Below are positions 1 to 8,519 of a DNA stretch of 24,000 bases, in pieces (position 1 is the first letter of the stretch; the number at the start of each line of letters is the position of its first letter). The position numbers and the translations under genes are program-made. The stretch is from Jiangella mangrovi (GTDB taxonomy: Bacteria > Actinomycetota > Actinomycetes > Jiangellales > Jiangellaceae). The notes under the pieces were generated by a model that made no database searches, was not told where the DNA came from, and saw only the letters and a program-made list of their open reading frames with translations. The stretch lies in contig NZ_JACHMM010000001.1 in the NCBI RefSeq assembly GCF_014204975.1, positions 5,432,037 through 5,456,036 of the forward strand, in the 5' to 3' direction.

Positions 1-689
1 ACCCCGTCGGCACCGAGCGCATCGCCCGCGTCGGCTACGACTACGTCGGCATCGACGCCCAGCACGGCCTCATCGACTACAAGGGCTGGCTGGCCGCACT
101 GCTCGCCATCGAGGCCGGCGGACGCAGCGCGGGCCTGGTGCGGGTGCCGGCCAACGACCTCACCTCTATCGGCCAAGCGCTCGACGCGGGCGCTCACGGC
201 GTCATCGTCCCGCTGGTCGACACCGCCGACCAGGCGGCCGCGGCGGTGCGCGCCTGCCGCTACCCACCCGAGGGCGGGCGCAGCTACGGCCCCATGCGAG
301 CGGGCCTGCGCATCGGCCCGGCGCCGGCCGAGGCCAACGCGCACGTGCTGTGCGCCGTCATGATCGAGACGCTGACCGCGCTCGACAACGTCGAGGCCAT
401 CGCGGCGACGCCCGGGCTCGACGGCATCTATGTCGGGCCGTCCGACCTCACGCTGGCGCTCGGCGGCGCGTCGTCCACCGACCCCGCGTTCGCCGAGGCA
501 CTCGACGAGGCGTGCGGCCGGGTCTGCGCGGCGGCCGCCCAGCGGGGCATCGCGGCCGGCATCCACTGTCCCGACGGCGCGACGGCGAGCCGGCGGCTGG
601 CGCAGGGGTTCACGTTCGCCACGGTCAGCTCCGACCTCGTCCACCTCGAGCAGGCGGCCGCGGCGCACCTGGCGGCGGCCCGGGACTGA
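1..689 (+). CDS. HpcH/HpaI-family aldolase (2,4-dihydroxyhept-2-ene-1,7-dioate aldolase-like); 5' end lies outside the window
   Basis: Frame 3 is open from base 3 (PVGTERIARVGYDYVGIDAQHGLIDYKGW...) and is continuous with the listed ORF, ending at TGA 687-689. The RVPANDLTSIGQALDAGAHGVIVPLVDTADQAAAAVRACRYPPEGGRSYGP and IETLTALDNVEAIAATPGLDGIYVGPSDL blocks are typical of the HpcH/HpaI TIM-barrel aldolase family. GC3 is high. Confidence 0.8.
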   Translation, partial: PVGTERIARVGYDYVGIDAQHGLIDYKGWLAALLAIEAGGRSAGLVRVPANDLTSIGQALDAGAHGVIVPLVDTADQAAAAVRACRYPPEGGRSYGPMRAGLRIGPAPAEANAHVLCAVMIETLTALDNVEAIAATPGLDGIYVGPSDLTLALGGASSTDPAFAEALDEACGRVCAAAAQRGIAAGIHCPDGATASRRLAQGFTFATVSSDLVHLEQAAAAHLAAARD

Positions 690-693
690 CGCC

Positions 694-2796
694 GTGGAGT
701 CGATCGACGAGGCCCTGGTCACCGGGCGACGCGGCCTGCGCACCCGCCCGGGCACGCTGCTGCTCGGCCCCACGGGCGCCCGGCTCTGGGCCGACTACCT
801 CGAGCAACGGCCGGGCTTCGCCGGTGCCATCGACCTCGTGCACAAGCTCAACATCCCGCTGCTGTTCACCGTCACCGGCGTCGACCTGCCCGAGCCGTGG
901 GAGGCCCGCTGGCGGCCGAGCCGGCTGACGGTGTCCGCGGCGGGCCGGCCGGGTTCCGGGGTCGAGTTCACCGAGGACAAGTTCGTCACCTGGGACGACT
1001 GCGCGGTGTCGCGGCAGGTGTGGAGCAACGACGGTCCCGCGCCGGTGACGCTGCGGCTCGAGGTCGACCGGTCCTGGGTCGGCGGCGACGGGTTCGGCTC
1101 GCGGCCGGTCGAGCGGCACGGGTTCACCGTGCTCGCCGTCGTCCGGCCGTCCGACCCAGCGCTCTGGGACGGGCTCGTCCTCCGCCCCGGCGAACGGGCC
1201 GAGTTCGTCGTCGCGGCGGCGCTCGGTCTGGCCGGCACCGAGACCCGACCCGACCTCGAACGTCGCCTCGATACCGCCCTGTCCGCGGAACCTCCGTACG
1301 CCGTCGTCGACCGGCAGCAGCGCGAGTACCAGCGCTGGTTCGACGAGGTGCCGTCCTTCAGCTGCAGCGACCCGGTGCTGACCCGCACCTGGGCGTACCG
1401 GTGGTTCCTGCTGCGGCACAACCTCGCCGTGCCCGGGGTCGGCGGGCTGCGCGACCCGCTGTTCTACGAGGGCCGCGCGCACAAGATGAGCAAGACGCCG
1501 TGGGATCCCGCCGGCTGGGAGTTCAGCAAGCTCATCCCGCTGTCCAGTCCCATGCACCTGCTCGAGGCCCGCTGGCATCCCGACCCGTCGTGGGGCGCCG
1601 GGCTCTGGCGCACGCTGCGGGCCGCCCAGGGCGACGACGGGCTGTTCCGCAGTCGCACGGTCGGCCAGGAGTTCCACGCCTACGCCAACTTCCTCGGCTG
1701 GGCGAGCTACCAGTACGCCCTGGTGCACCGCGACGCCGACGGCGCGGCGGCCATGCTGGCCTCGCTGGCGGCCCAGGTGCGCGGCGAGCGCGCGAAGCTC
1801 GCCACCGGCAACGACGAGCTCCCCATCGAGACCGAGCACATCCTCACCGGCAAGGAGTACCAGCCCAGCTACTGGTCCTTCCACGACTACCCCGCCGACC
1901 CGCGCGACCGGTCCGGCTACACCCCGCTGAAGCGGGTCGACCGCGCCGTCTACCACTACCGCAACGCCCGCGGTGTCGCCGGCCTCGCCCGGCTGCTGGG
2001 CGACGCCGCCGGCGACGGAGCCGGCCTCGCCGCCGAGTTCGACGCACTGGCCGACGCCGTGGCCGCGCAGGTGCTGACCAAGCAGTGGGACCCCGGCACC
2101 GGGTTCTTCCACGACCTGCACCACGCCACCGACCAGCGGTCCCCGGTCCACAACGTCGTCGGCTTCTACCCGTACTGGGCCGGCCTCACGGGCGAGGAGC
2201 ACCTGCCCGGCCTCGACGCGGCGCTTCGGCTGTTCGACACCGGCGCACCGCTGCCGTCCACCGCCCCCGACTGCCCCGTCTACAGCCCCACCGGCCACTG
2301 GCGCGGCGTGTACGTCAAGGGCCGCAACGGCTGCTCGTGGAACGGCCCGACGTGGCCCTACACCAACAGCGTGGTCATCGACGGCGTCGGCGCCACCAGC
2401 CGGCGGTTCGGCCACCGCTACGACGCCGAGTTCGGCCGGCTGCTGCGCTCGTACGCCCTGCTGCACTTCCAGCAGCGCGACGGCCGCACCCCGTACCTCG
2501 TCGAGCACTACGACAGCGAGACCGGCGAGCCCATCAGCGACGAGGCCGACTACCTGCACTCCTACCTCATCGACCTCGTCGTCCGGTACGTCGCCGGCAT
2601 CGAGGCCGAGGCCGACTCCGTCGTCGTCGACCCACTCGACGTCGGGCTCGACTGGTTCGCGCTCACCGGGGTGCGGGTCGCCGGGCACACCGTCGACGTC
2701 GCCTACGACCACGAGCGCGGGCTGCGGGTGTCGGTCGACGGCGCCCCGGCCACCGCCGCGCCGGGGCTCAGCCCACTGACCGTGCCGCTGGCGTGA
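694..2796 (+). CDS. Glycoside hydrolase, (alpha/alpha)6-barrel type (GH63 / MGH1 / trehalase-like)
   Basis: The listed ORF 430..2796 overlaps the aldolase. The first start that does not overlap is GTG 694-696, in frame and 4 nt after the aldolase stop. It gives about 700 aa. The C-terminal half carries motifs in the style of six-hairpin glycosidases (GCSWNGPTWPYTNSVVIDG, PYLVEHYDSETGEPISDE). The family assignment is from motif memory only. Confidence 0.7.
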   Translation: MESIDEALVTGRRGLRTRPGTLLLGPTGARLWADYLEQRPGFAGAIDLVHKLNIPLLFTVTGVDLPEPWEARWRPSRLTVSAAGRPGSGVEFTEDKFVTWDDCAVSRQVWSNDGPAPVTLRLEVDRSWVGGDGFGSRPVERHGFTVLAVVRPSDPALWDGLVLRPGERAEFVVAAALGLAGTETRPDLERRLDTALSAEPPYAVVDRQQREYQRWFDEVPSFSCSDPVLTRTWAYRWFLLRHNLAVPGVGGLRDPLFYEGRAHKMSKTPWDPAGWEFSKLIPLSSPMHLLEARWHPDPSWGAGLWRTLRAAQGDDGLFRSRTVGQEFHAYANFLGWASYQYALVHRDADGAAAMLASLAAQVRGERAKLATGNDELPIETEHILTGKEYQPSYWSFHDYPADPRDRSGYTPLKRVDRAVYHYRNARGVAGLARLLGDAAGDGAGLAAEFDALADAVAAQVLTKQWDPGTGFFHDLHHATDQRSPVHNVVGFYPYWAGLTGEEHLPGLDAALRLFDTGAPLPSTAPDCPVYSPTGHWRGVYVKGRNGCSWNGPTWPYTNSVVIDGVGATSRRFGHRYDAEFGRLLRSYALLHFQQRDGRTPYLVEHYDSETGEPISDEADYLHSYLIDLVVRYVAGIEAEADSVVVDPLDVGLDWFALTGVRVAGHTVDVAYDHERGLRVSVDGAPATAAPGLSPLTVPLA

Positions 2797-3973
2797 TCCG
2801 CGGGCCGATGAACTCCGCCGCCCGCTCCAGCGCCTCGGCCGCCTCGGGCAGGAACGACCAGAACAGATGGAACACGTGCGTCGACACCGGGAACAGCTCG
2901 AGCCGCGCGTCGACGCCGGCCGCCGTCGCGCGGTCGACCAGGGCCCGGCACTCAGGCAGGCCGGGCTCGCCGGTCGCCACCTGGACGAGCAGCGGCGGCA
3001 GTCCGGCGAGGTCGGCGTAGAGCGGGTTGACCAGCGGATCGTCGGCCGGGTGACCGTCCAGATAGAGGCCGGCGTAGCGCTCGGTGAGCTCGACGATCCC
3101 GTTGGGCTGCGGCTCCGTGTGCTCGCGGACCACCCGGCAGGTGAGGTCGACGCCAGGACTGAGCAGCACCACCCGGCCGGGCAGCGCCGCTCCGTCGGCC
3201 CGCAGCCGCAGCAGTGCCGACATCGCCAGCCCGCCGCCCGTCGAGTCGCCGCACAGCGTCACCGCCGCCGGGTCGCCATGCCGTTCGGCCAGCCATCGGA
3301 ACGCCGCCACGACGTCGTCGACGGCGGCCGGGAACGGGTGCTCGGGCGCCAGCCGGTAGTCGGGCACCAGCACGGTCGCGTCGGCCGCGGCGGCCAGCGC
3401 GCCCGCGAGCGGCCGGTACCCGTACGCCGAGCCCACCACGTAGCCGCCGCCGTGCACGTGCAGGATCGACGGCACCTCGCCGACGTCGCGGCCGAACGCC
3501 AGTGAGGGCACTCCCCCGGCCGTGACCGGGCGCATCTCGATGCCGGCCGGCGTCGGGAACTGGGCGCTGAGCTGCTCGTTGGCCGCCCGGAACGCGTCGA
3601 GGTCGGCGACCGCCTCGGCCACCGGGCGCAGCAGCCGCCGGACCTGCTCGTCGGTCTCGCCGCCGACCGACCGCGTGACCTGCACGGCGTCGTCGAGATC
3701 GGCGAGCATGCTCTTGGCGCGGTAGAGCAGCGCCTCGCCGGCCAGCGTGAGCTCGACCCGCTGGGTCGTGCGCCGGAGCAGGTCGACGCGGAGCAGCTTC
3801 TCGAGCGAGCTGATCTGCCGGCTCAGCGCCGGCTGCGACAGGTACAGCCGCTCCGCCGCCCGGCTGAAGTTCAGCTCCTGGGCGACGGCGACGAACGCGC
3901 GCAGGTGCCGCAGCTCGATCGCCTCAGGGGCGCGCGGCAGCTCGATCAGCCGGCCGCGGGGCTCGTTCTCCAT
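2768..3973 (-). CDS. Fusion protein: LysR-type HTH DNA-binding domain plus an alpha/beta-hydrolase fold-3 (HSL/esterase-family) domain
   Basis: 401 aa with ATG at 3973. The N-terminus (LRHLRAFVAVAQELNFSRAAERLYLSQPALSRQISSLEKLLRVDLLRRTTQRVELTLAGEAL) is a canonical LysR HTH plus linker helix. From about residue 150 the protein is an HSL-family hydrolase: oxyanion HVHGGGYVVGS, DYRLAPEHPFPAAVDD, nucleophile elbow GDSTGGGLA and a C-terminal His in THVFH. Its 3' end overlaps the convergent glycosidase gene by 29 nt (2768-2796). Confidence 0.85.
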   Translation of the reverse strand: MENEPRGRLIELPRAPEAIELRHLRAFVAVAQELNFSRAAERLYLSQPALSRQISSLEKLLRVDLLRRTTQRVELTLAGEALLYRAKSMLADLDDAVQVTRSVGGETDEQVRRLLRPVAEAVADLDAFRAANEQLSAQFPTPAGIEMRPVTAGGVPSLAFGRDVGEVPSILHVHGGGYVVGSAYGYRPLAGALAAAADATVLVPDYRLAPEHPFPAAVDDVVAAFRWLAERHGDPAAVTLCGDSTGGGLAMSALLRLRADGAALPGRVVLLSPGVDLTCRVVREHTEPQPNGIVELTERYAGLYLDGHPADDPLVNPLYADLAGLPPLLVQVATGEPGLPECRALVDRATAAGVDARLELFPVSTHVFHLFWSFLPEAAEALERAAEFIGPRITPAARSVG

Positions 3974-4018
3974 GTCCCGAGTATGGCCCAGATCCGGCCC
4001 GCCGGCTCATGCCGACGG

Positions 4019-4035
4019 TGCATGACCTCTATGCA
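4019..4035. promoter_or_regulatory. Imperfect palindrome TGCAT-N7-ATGCA in the divergent intergenic region; candidate operator for the LysR-type fusion regulator
   Basis: tgcat(4019-4023) gacctct atgca(4031-4035), read directly. It lies between the divergent starts at 3973 (-) and 4082 (+). The spacing is not the textbook T-N11-A, so the call is weak. Confidence 0.3.
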
Positions 4036-4081
4036 TGAACGGTCTTTCCCTGCAGGTCAGAGCCGGTGCCAGGGTGTCGGC

Positions 4082-4609
4082 ATGAGCACGTTCCACACTC
4101 TGACGTCGGTCTCCGCGGGCCGGGCGACGCTCGTGCTGCGCGGCCCCGACGGGCCGGTGCACGGCATCATCCTCTGGCCGCGGCCGCCCGTCCTCGACCC
4201 GGCCGACGCGCCGGAGCGCCCGCACCCCGTCGCCGTCGTCGTCTCGCCGCGGTCCGGCGCGCCGGTGCCGGCGGACGCCCTGGCGCGCTCGTTCGCCGCC
4301 GGCGGCTCGCTCGTGCTCTCGCTGACGGTGCCGGGTGACGCGGACGACGCGGCCGCGGCCGGCGCCGTCCGCACCGCGGTCGAGTGGATCGCCGAGCACG
4401 CCCACGAGCTGGACGGCGACCCGCGCCGGCTGACGCTCGTCGGTCAGGCCGGCGTCACCGGGCTGGTCGCCGACGTCGCCGCCACGGCCGACGAGAACGG
4501 CGGGCCCACCATCGGCCAGCTCCTGCTGCTGCGCGCGGGCCCGGACCCGCCACGGCCCGCGCCCGTCACCTACCTCGTACCCCGATCCGAACGGAGAGAG
4601 TCATCATGA
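4082..4609 (+). CDS. Truncated, catalytically degenerate alpha/beta-hydrolase fold-3 paralog (nucleophile elbow GDSAGG replaced by GQAGVTG)
   Basis: In-frame ATG at 4082 (MSTFHTLTSV...) within the listed ORF 3905..4609. GC3 is high throughout. AVEWIAEHAHELDGDPRRLTLVGQAGVTGLVADVAATADENGGPTIGQLLL aligns by eye to the HSL-family region around the catalytic Ser, but Ser is replaced by Ala. The protein ends before the Asp/His region. Its stop overlaps the MFS start (ATGA at 4606-4609). Confidence 0.6.
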   Translation: MSTFHTLTSVSAGRATLVLRGPDGPVHGIILWPRPPVLDPADAPERPHPVAVVVSPRSGAPVPADALARSFAAGGSLVLSLTVPGDADDAAAAGAVRTAVEWIAEHAHELDGDPRRLTLVGQAGVTGLVADVAATADENGGPTIGQLLLLRAGPDPPRPAPVTYLVPRSERRESS

Positions 4610-6144
4610 GCACCGACCTCGACCCTGTGACCCCGGCGGCACCGACTCAGACACCGACCGAGGCGCCGCCGAAGGCCGGCCGTCGCGCGTGGCTCGGGCT
4701 GGCCGTTCTCGCGATGCCGACGCTGCTGCTGTCGCTGGACATCAGCGTGCTGTACCTCGCGCTCCCGGCGCTCAGCGCCGACCTCGGCGTCACGTCGACG
4801 CAGCAGTTGTGGATCAGCGACATCTACTCGTTCATGATCGCCGGATTCCTGGTGGTCATGGGCTCGCTCGGCGACCGGGTCGGACGGCGCAAGCTGCTGC
4901 TGGCCGGCGGCGCGGCGTTCGCGGCCTGCTCGGCGCTGGCGGCGTACGCGTCCAGCCCGGAGATGCTGATCGTCAGCCGGGCGCTGCTGGGCATCGCGGG
5001 CGCCACGCTGATGCCGTCGACCATGGCCCTGATCCGGACGCTGTTCCCCGACCCGGCGCAGATGGCGGTCGCGCTGAGCATCTGGTTCTCGTGCTTCATG
5101 GGCGGCATGACCATCGGGCCGCTGGTCGGCGGCGTGCTGCTGGAGCACTTCTGGTGGGGCTCGGCGTTCCTGCTGGGCGTGCCGGTCATGGTCCTGCTGC
5201 TGGTCCTCGGGCCGGTGCTGCTGCCGGAGCACCGCGAGGACACCGCGCCGGGCCGGTTGGACCTGGCGAGCGCGGGGCTCTGCGTCGCGGCGATCCTGCC
5301 GGTCATCTACGGCCTCAAGGAGATCGCGCGCGACGGCGTCAGCATCGGCGCCGTCGTGGCGATGGCCGCGGGGCTGGCGCTGGGGGTCGCCTTCGTCCGG
5401 CGTCAGCGGCGCCTCGCCGACCCGCTGCTCGACCTGCGGCTGTTCGCGAACCGCAGATTCACGGTGTCGCTGACGGCGTTCCTGCTCACCGGCGTCGTCA
5501 TGGCCGGCGTCTCCTTCGCCGCCGCGCAGTACATGCAGCTCGTGCTCGGGTTGTCGCCGCTGGAGGCCGGGCTCTGGCTGATCCCGTCGAACGTGGCCAT
5601 GGTGGCGGCGACGCTGATCGCGCCGCGGCTGCTGCAGCGGCACCAGGCGGCCGACCTGCTCGCCGGCGGGCTGGCCGTGTCCGGCGCCGGCCTGCTGCTG
5701 CTCACACTGGCCGGCACGGACTCACTGGGCCTGCAGGTCACGGCGATGACGGTGGCGGCGGCCGGCATCGGTGTGCCGATGGCGGTCGTGACGAACCTGA
5801 TCCTCGCCGCGGCGCCGCCGGAGCGGGCCGGGTCGGCGGCCTCGCTGTCGGAGACCGCCGGCGAGTTCGGCATCGCCCTGGGCATCGCCTCGCTCGGGAG
5901 CGTCACGATCGCCGTCTACAGCGGACGCGTCGGCGAGCTGCTCCCGGCCGGGACGCCGTCGTCGCTGACGGCGGCCGCGCAGGAGAGCCTGGCGGCGGTG
6001 ACGTCGGCCGACGGCGCGGGCGCAGCGGTCCTCGAGGCCGCGAGGACCGCGTTCACCAGCGGGTTCAACGTCGTCGGCGGCATCGGCGGCGCGGTGCTGC
6101 TGCTGGTCGCCGTCGTCGCCCGGCTGGCCCTGCGCGAGAAGTGA
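4606..6144 (+). CDS. MFS transporter, DHA2 (14-TMS drug:H+ antiporter, EmrB/QacA-like) family
   Basis: ATG 4606 is preceded by ggagagag (4593-4600). The protein is 512 aa, with MFS motif A (GSLGDRVGRRKLLLAG) and many hydrophobic segments. The length fits 14-TMS DHA2 pumps. The upstream part of the listed ORF (from 4384) is Arg/Pro-rich junk that overlaps the previous gene. Confidence 0.85.
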   Translation: MSTDLDPVTPAAPTQTPTEAPPKAGRRAWLGLAVLAMPTLLLSLDISVLYLALPALSADLGVTSTQQLWISDIYSFMIAGFLVVMGSLGDRVGRRKLLLAGGAAFAACSALAAYASSPEMLIVSRALLGIAGATLMPSTMALIRTLFPDPAQMAVALSIWFSCFMGGMTIGPLVGGVLLEHFWWGSAFLLGVPVMVLLLVLGPVLLPEHREDTAPGRLDLASAGLCVAAILPVIYGLKEIARDGVSIGAVVAMAAGLALGVAFVRRQRRLADPLLDLRLFANRRFTVSLTAFLLTGVVMAGVSFAAAQYMQLVLGLSPLEAGLWLIPSNVAMVAATLIAPRLLQRHQAADLLAGGLAVSGAGLLLLTLAGTDSLGLQVTAMTVAAAGIGVPMAVVTNLILAAAPPERAGSAASLSETAGEFGIALGIASLGSVTIAVYSGRVGELLPAGTPSSLTAAAQESLAAVTSADGAGAAVLEAARTAFTSGFNVVGGIGGAVLLLVAVVARLALREK

Positions 6145-6192
6145 GCCGACGCCGTCGTCGATCCGATCGGTCCCGTCGTCGGTCCCGGGGTG

Positions 6193-7152
6193 TCAGGCTC
6201 CGGGGCCGACGACGACGTTCGCCAGCGGCTCGCCGTTCGCCAGCCGGGTGAGCTGCGCCTGCACCAGCCGACGGGCGCGCGGGTGGAACGCCGACGACAG
6301 GCCGCCGACGTGCGGCGAGATCAGGGCGCCGGGTAGCGTCCAGAGCGGGTGGCCGGGCGGGAGCGGCTCGGGATCGGTGACGTCCATGGCGGCGCGGATG
6401 CGACCCGCCGACACCTCGGTGACCAGCGCGTCGGTGTCGACGATGGGTCCGCGCGCGACGTTGACCAGCACGGCGCCGTCGCGCATCTTCGCCAGGAAGT
6501 CCGCGTCGACCATGCCGCGGGTCTCGTCCGTCAGCGGCAGGATGAGGATGACGACGTCGGCCCGGCCGAGCAGCTCCTGCAGCGAGTCGAACCCGGCGAC
6601 GCCCTCGCGTGCGGTGCGGGCGACCTTGAGGACGTCGCACTCGAAGGCCTGCAGCCGGGTCTCGATGGCCCGGCCGATGGCGCCGTAGCCGACGATGAGC
6701 ACCGTCCGGTCGGCGAGGGAGTCGTACCAGCCCTGCAGCCACTCGCCGGTCGGCGCGGCCCGGACGAACGCCGGGATGCCGCGCAGCGAGGCCAGCGTCA
6801 GCGTGACCGCGAGCTCGGCCGTGCTGGCGTCGTGCACGCCGCGCGCGTTGCAGAGCGTGAGGCCGTCGCGCAGGTGCGGCAGGACGTGCTCGTAGCCGGC
6901 GGTCAGCGTCTGGACGGCGCGCAGCTTCGGCATCTGCTCGATCAGCTCCGTCGCCGGAGCGGAGAAGCCGTACGGGATGACGTAGTACTCGACGCGGTCC
7001 AGCACGTCCTGCGCCGGGATGTCCGACGTGTCGTTGCTGGTCAGCATGTCCGGTCCGGTGCGCACCGTCGGCTCGCCGGCCCAGACGTGCACGTCGAGTC
7101 CGGCCGGCACCACCAGCGAGTCCGCCGCGAACGGGATGAGGACGTCCACCAT
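6193..7152 (-). CDS. D-isomer-specific 2-hydroxyacid dehydrogenase family, NAD-binding
   Basis: 319 aa with ATG at 7152. Rossmann motif VGYGAIGRAIETRL, a catalytic-region ARGPIVDTDAL, and ISPHVGG containing the family His. Confidence 0.85.
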   Translation of the reverse strand: MVDVLIPFAADSLVVPAGLDVHVWAGEPTVRTGPDMLTSNDTSDIPAQDVLDRVEYYVIPYGFSAPATELIEQMPKLRAVQTLTAGYEHVLPHLRDGLTLCNARGVHDASTAELAVTLTLASLRGIPAFVRAAPTGEWLQGWYDSLADRTVLIVGYGAIGRAIETRLQAFECDVLKVARTAREGVAGFDSLQELLGRADVVILILPLTDETRGMVDADFLAKMRDGAVLVNVARGPIVDTDALVTEVSAGRIRAAMDVTDPEPLPPGHPLWTLPGALISPHVGGLSSAFHPRARRLVQAQLTRLANGEPLANVVVGPGA

Positions 7153-7193
7153 GGTCCTCGAACCTACCCCTCCGTGCGTGACACGATGGCCGG

Positions 7194-8393
7194 GTGTCCA
7201 TCCGGCGGATGATCATCCTCGTCGCGGCGCTGGCCGTGGTGGGTGGATCGTGCTCGTCCTCCTCGTCGTCTGACGGAGGATCGCCGACGGGGTCCGCTTC
7301 CGCGCCGTCGTCGCCCGGGGCGCCGACGGGGTCGCCGTCGACGCCGTCGTTGCGGCCGGGGACCCCGCCCGCGCCGTCCTCCCCCGTCGCGCAGCCCGGG
7401 CCGGTGACGCCGTCGGCGGTGGAAGAGATCGTGACCGGGCTGGCCGCGCCGTGGAGCATCGCGTTCGTGCCCGGTGAGGACGGGCAGGCGCTGGTGACGC
7501 AGCGCGACGAGGGCACGATCGTGCTGGTCGACGCGGCCGGAACCGTGACCCCGGTCGGCGCGGTGCCGGGCGTCGACGGGACCGGCGAGGGCGGGCTACT
7601 GGGGCTGGCGTTCGACCCCGCGTCGCCGTCGGACCTCTACGTCTACGCGACCATGGGGTCGCAGAACGTGGTGCAGAGGACGACGTACTCGTCCGGTGGC
7701 GTTCTCGGTGAGTTCTCGGTGGTCCTGGATGGGATCCCGGCCGGGACCCGGCACGACGGCGGCCGGCTCGCGTTCGGGCCCGACGGCATGCTGTACGTCT
7801 CGACCGGCGAGAGCGGGAACCCCGACGACGCGCAGGACTTGGGAAATCTCGGCGGGAAGATCCTGCGGATCGAGCCTTCGGGGGACGTGCCCGCCGACAA
7901 CCCATTCGACGGGTCGCCTGTCTGGACCTACGGTCACCGCAACGTCGAGGGCCTCGCCTTCGACGACGACGGGCGGCTGTGGGCGTCGGAGTTCGGTGAC
8001 CGCTCGGCCGACGAGGTCAACCTCATCGAGGCCGGTCAGAACTACGGGTGGCCGTTCGTCGAGGGCATCGGCGGCGCACCCGACTACACCGACCCCGTCG
8101 TCGAATGGCGCCCCACCTCCGAGGCGTCGCCGAGCGGGCTCGCGTACGTGCGCGACACGCTGTTCGTGGCAGCGTTGCGTGGGGAGCGGCTGTGGCAGGT
8201 GCCGCTGTCGTCCGACGGCTCGGGTTCGGTGTCGGCGGGTTCGCCGGCCGAATTCGTCACCGACTACGGGCGGTTGCGTGACGCCGTCGTCGCCCCGGAC
8301 GGGACGCTGTGGGTGCTGACGAACAACACCGACGGCCGCGGCGACGCCCGCGAGGGCGACGACCGGGTCCTGCGGCTGACGCTGGCGCCCTAG
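7194..8393 (+). CDS. PQQ-dependent sugar (glucose/sorbosone) dehydrogenase, secreted or lipoprotein
   Basis: 399 aa. The start is GTG 7194, or alternatively ATG 7209. The N-terminal signal (IILVAALAVVGGSC) is followed by a Ser/Pro-rich linker. GHRNVEGLAFDDDGRLWASEFG and NYGWPFVEG are typical of the soluble quinoprotein GSDH beta-propeller family. Confidence 0.8.
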   Translation: MSIRRMIILVAALAVVGGSCSSSSSSDGGSPTGSASAPSSPGAPTGSPSTPSLRPGTPPAPSSPVAQPGPVTPSAVEEIVTGLAAPWSIAFVPGEDGQALVTQRDEGTIVLVDAAGTVTPVGAVPGVDGTGEGGLLGLAFDPASPSDLYVYATMGSQNVVQRTTYSSGGVLGEFSVVLDGIPAGTRHDGGRLAFGPDGMLYVSTGESGNPDDAQDLGNLGGKILRIEPSGDVPADNPFDGSPVWTYGHRNVEGLAFDDDGRLWASEFGDRSADEVNLIEAGQNYGWPFVEGIGGAPDYTDPVVEWRPTSEASPSGLAYVRDTLFVAALRGERLWQVPLSSDGSGSVSAGSPAEFVTDYGRLRDAVVAPDGTLWVLTNNTDGRGDAREGDDRVLRLTLAP

Positions 8394-8519
8394 GCTCTTT
8401 CCCCTGGTGAGCGGACGTTTGGGACGTTCGTGGTCAGGGTGGTCCCGGGGGTGGGAATCAGGGAACGATCGTCGTCGAGTCGGAGCCGCCGGAGATCGAT
8501 ACGGTTCTAGCGTGGAGGC

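Noticed and set aside
430-693. The upstream extension of the glycosidase ORF, and likewise the extensions at 3905-4081, 4384-4605, 10411-10506, 11043-11156 and 17777-17845
   Set aside because: These extensions overlap neighbouring genes or encode Arg/Pro-rich or otherwise implausible N-termini. The internal starts have better RBS signals, signal peptides or translational-coupling geometry. The case at 10411-10506 remains uncertain.
625-3020. Very long ORFs antisense to, or out of frame with, the glycosidase gene (625..2712 minus, 897..3020 plus). Similar ORFs occur elsewhere (4570..5643, 4689..6251, 6065..7516, 7213..8657, 12113..13654, 12406..13800, 15262..16770, 15667..17577, 21595..22602).
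   Set aside because: Their translations are Arg/Pro/Gly/Ala low-complexity strings, typical of stop-codon-poor alternative frames in 70-75% GC DNA. Each is fully shadowed by an ORF with recognisable family motifs and proper GC3 bias.
6145-6192. Palindromic segments (ccgacg...cgtcgg, cgatc-c-gatcg) between the convergent MFS and dehydrogenase genes, as a terminator
   Set aside because: The pairings are short and interrupted, and I could not build a convincing continuous stem by hand. I left it unannotated.
8412-8490. A GGGAAC motif (8469-8474) and a duplicated ggacgtt (8412-18 and 8421-27) upstream of the DUF4097 gene, as a possible ECF-sigma promoter
   Set aside because: No CGT(T/C) -10 element lies at the required spacing of about 16-17 nt after GGAAC. 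The nearest GTC is about 12 nt away. The evidence is insufficient.
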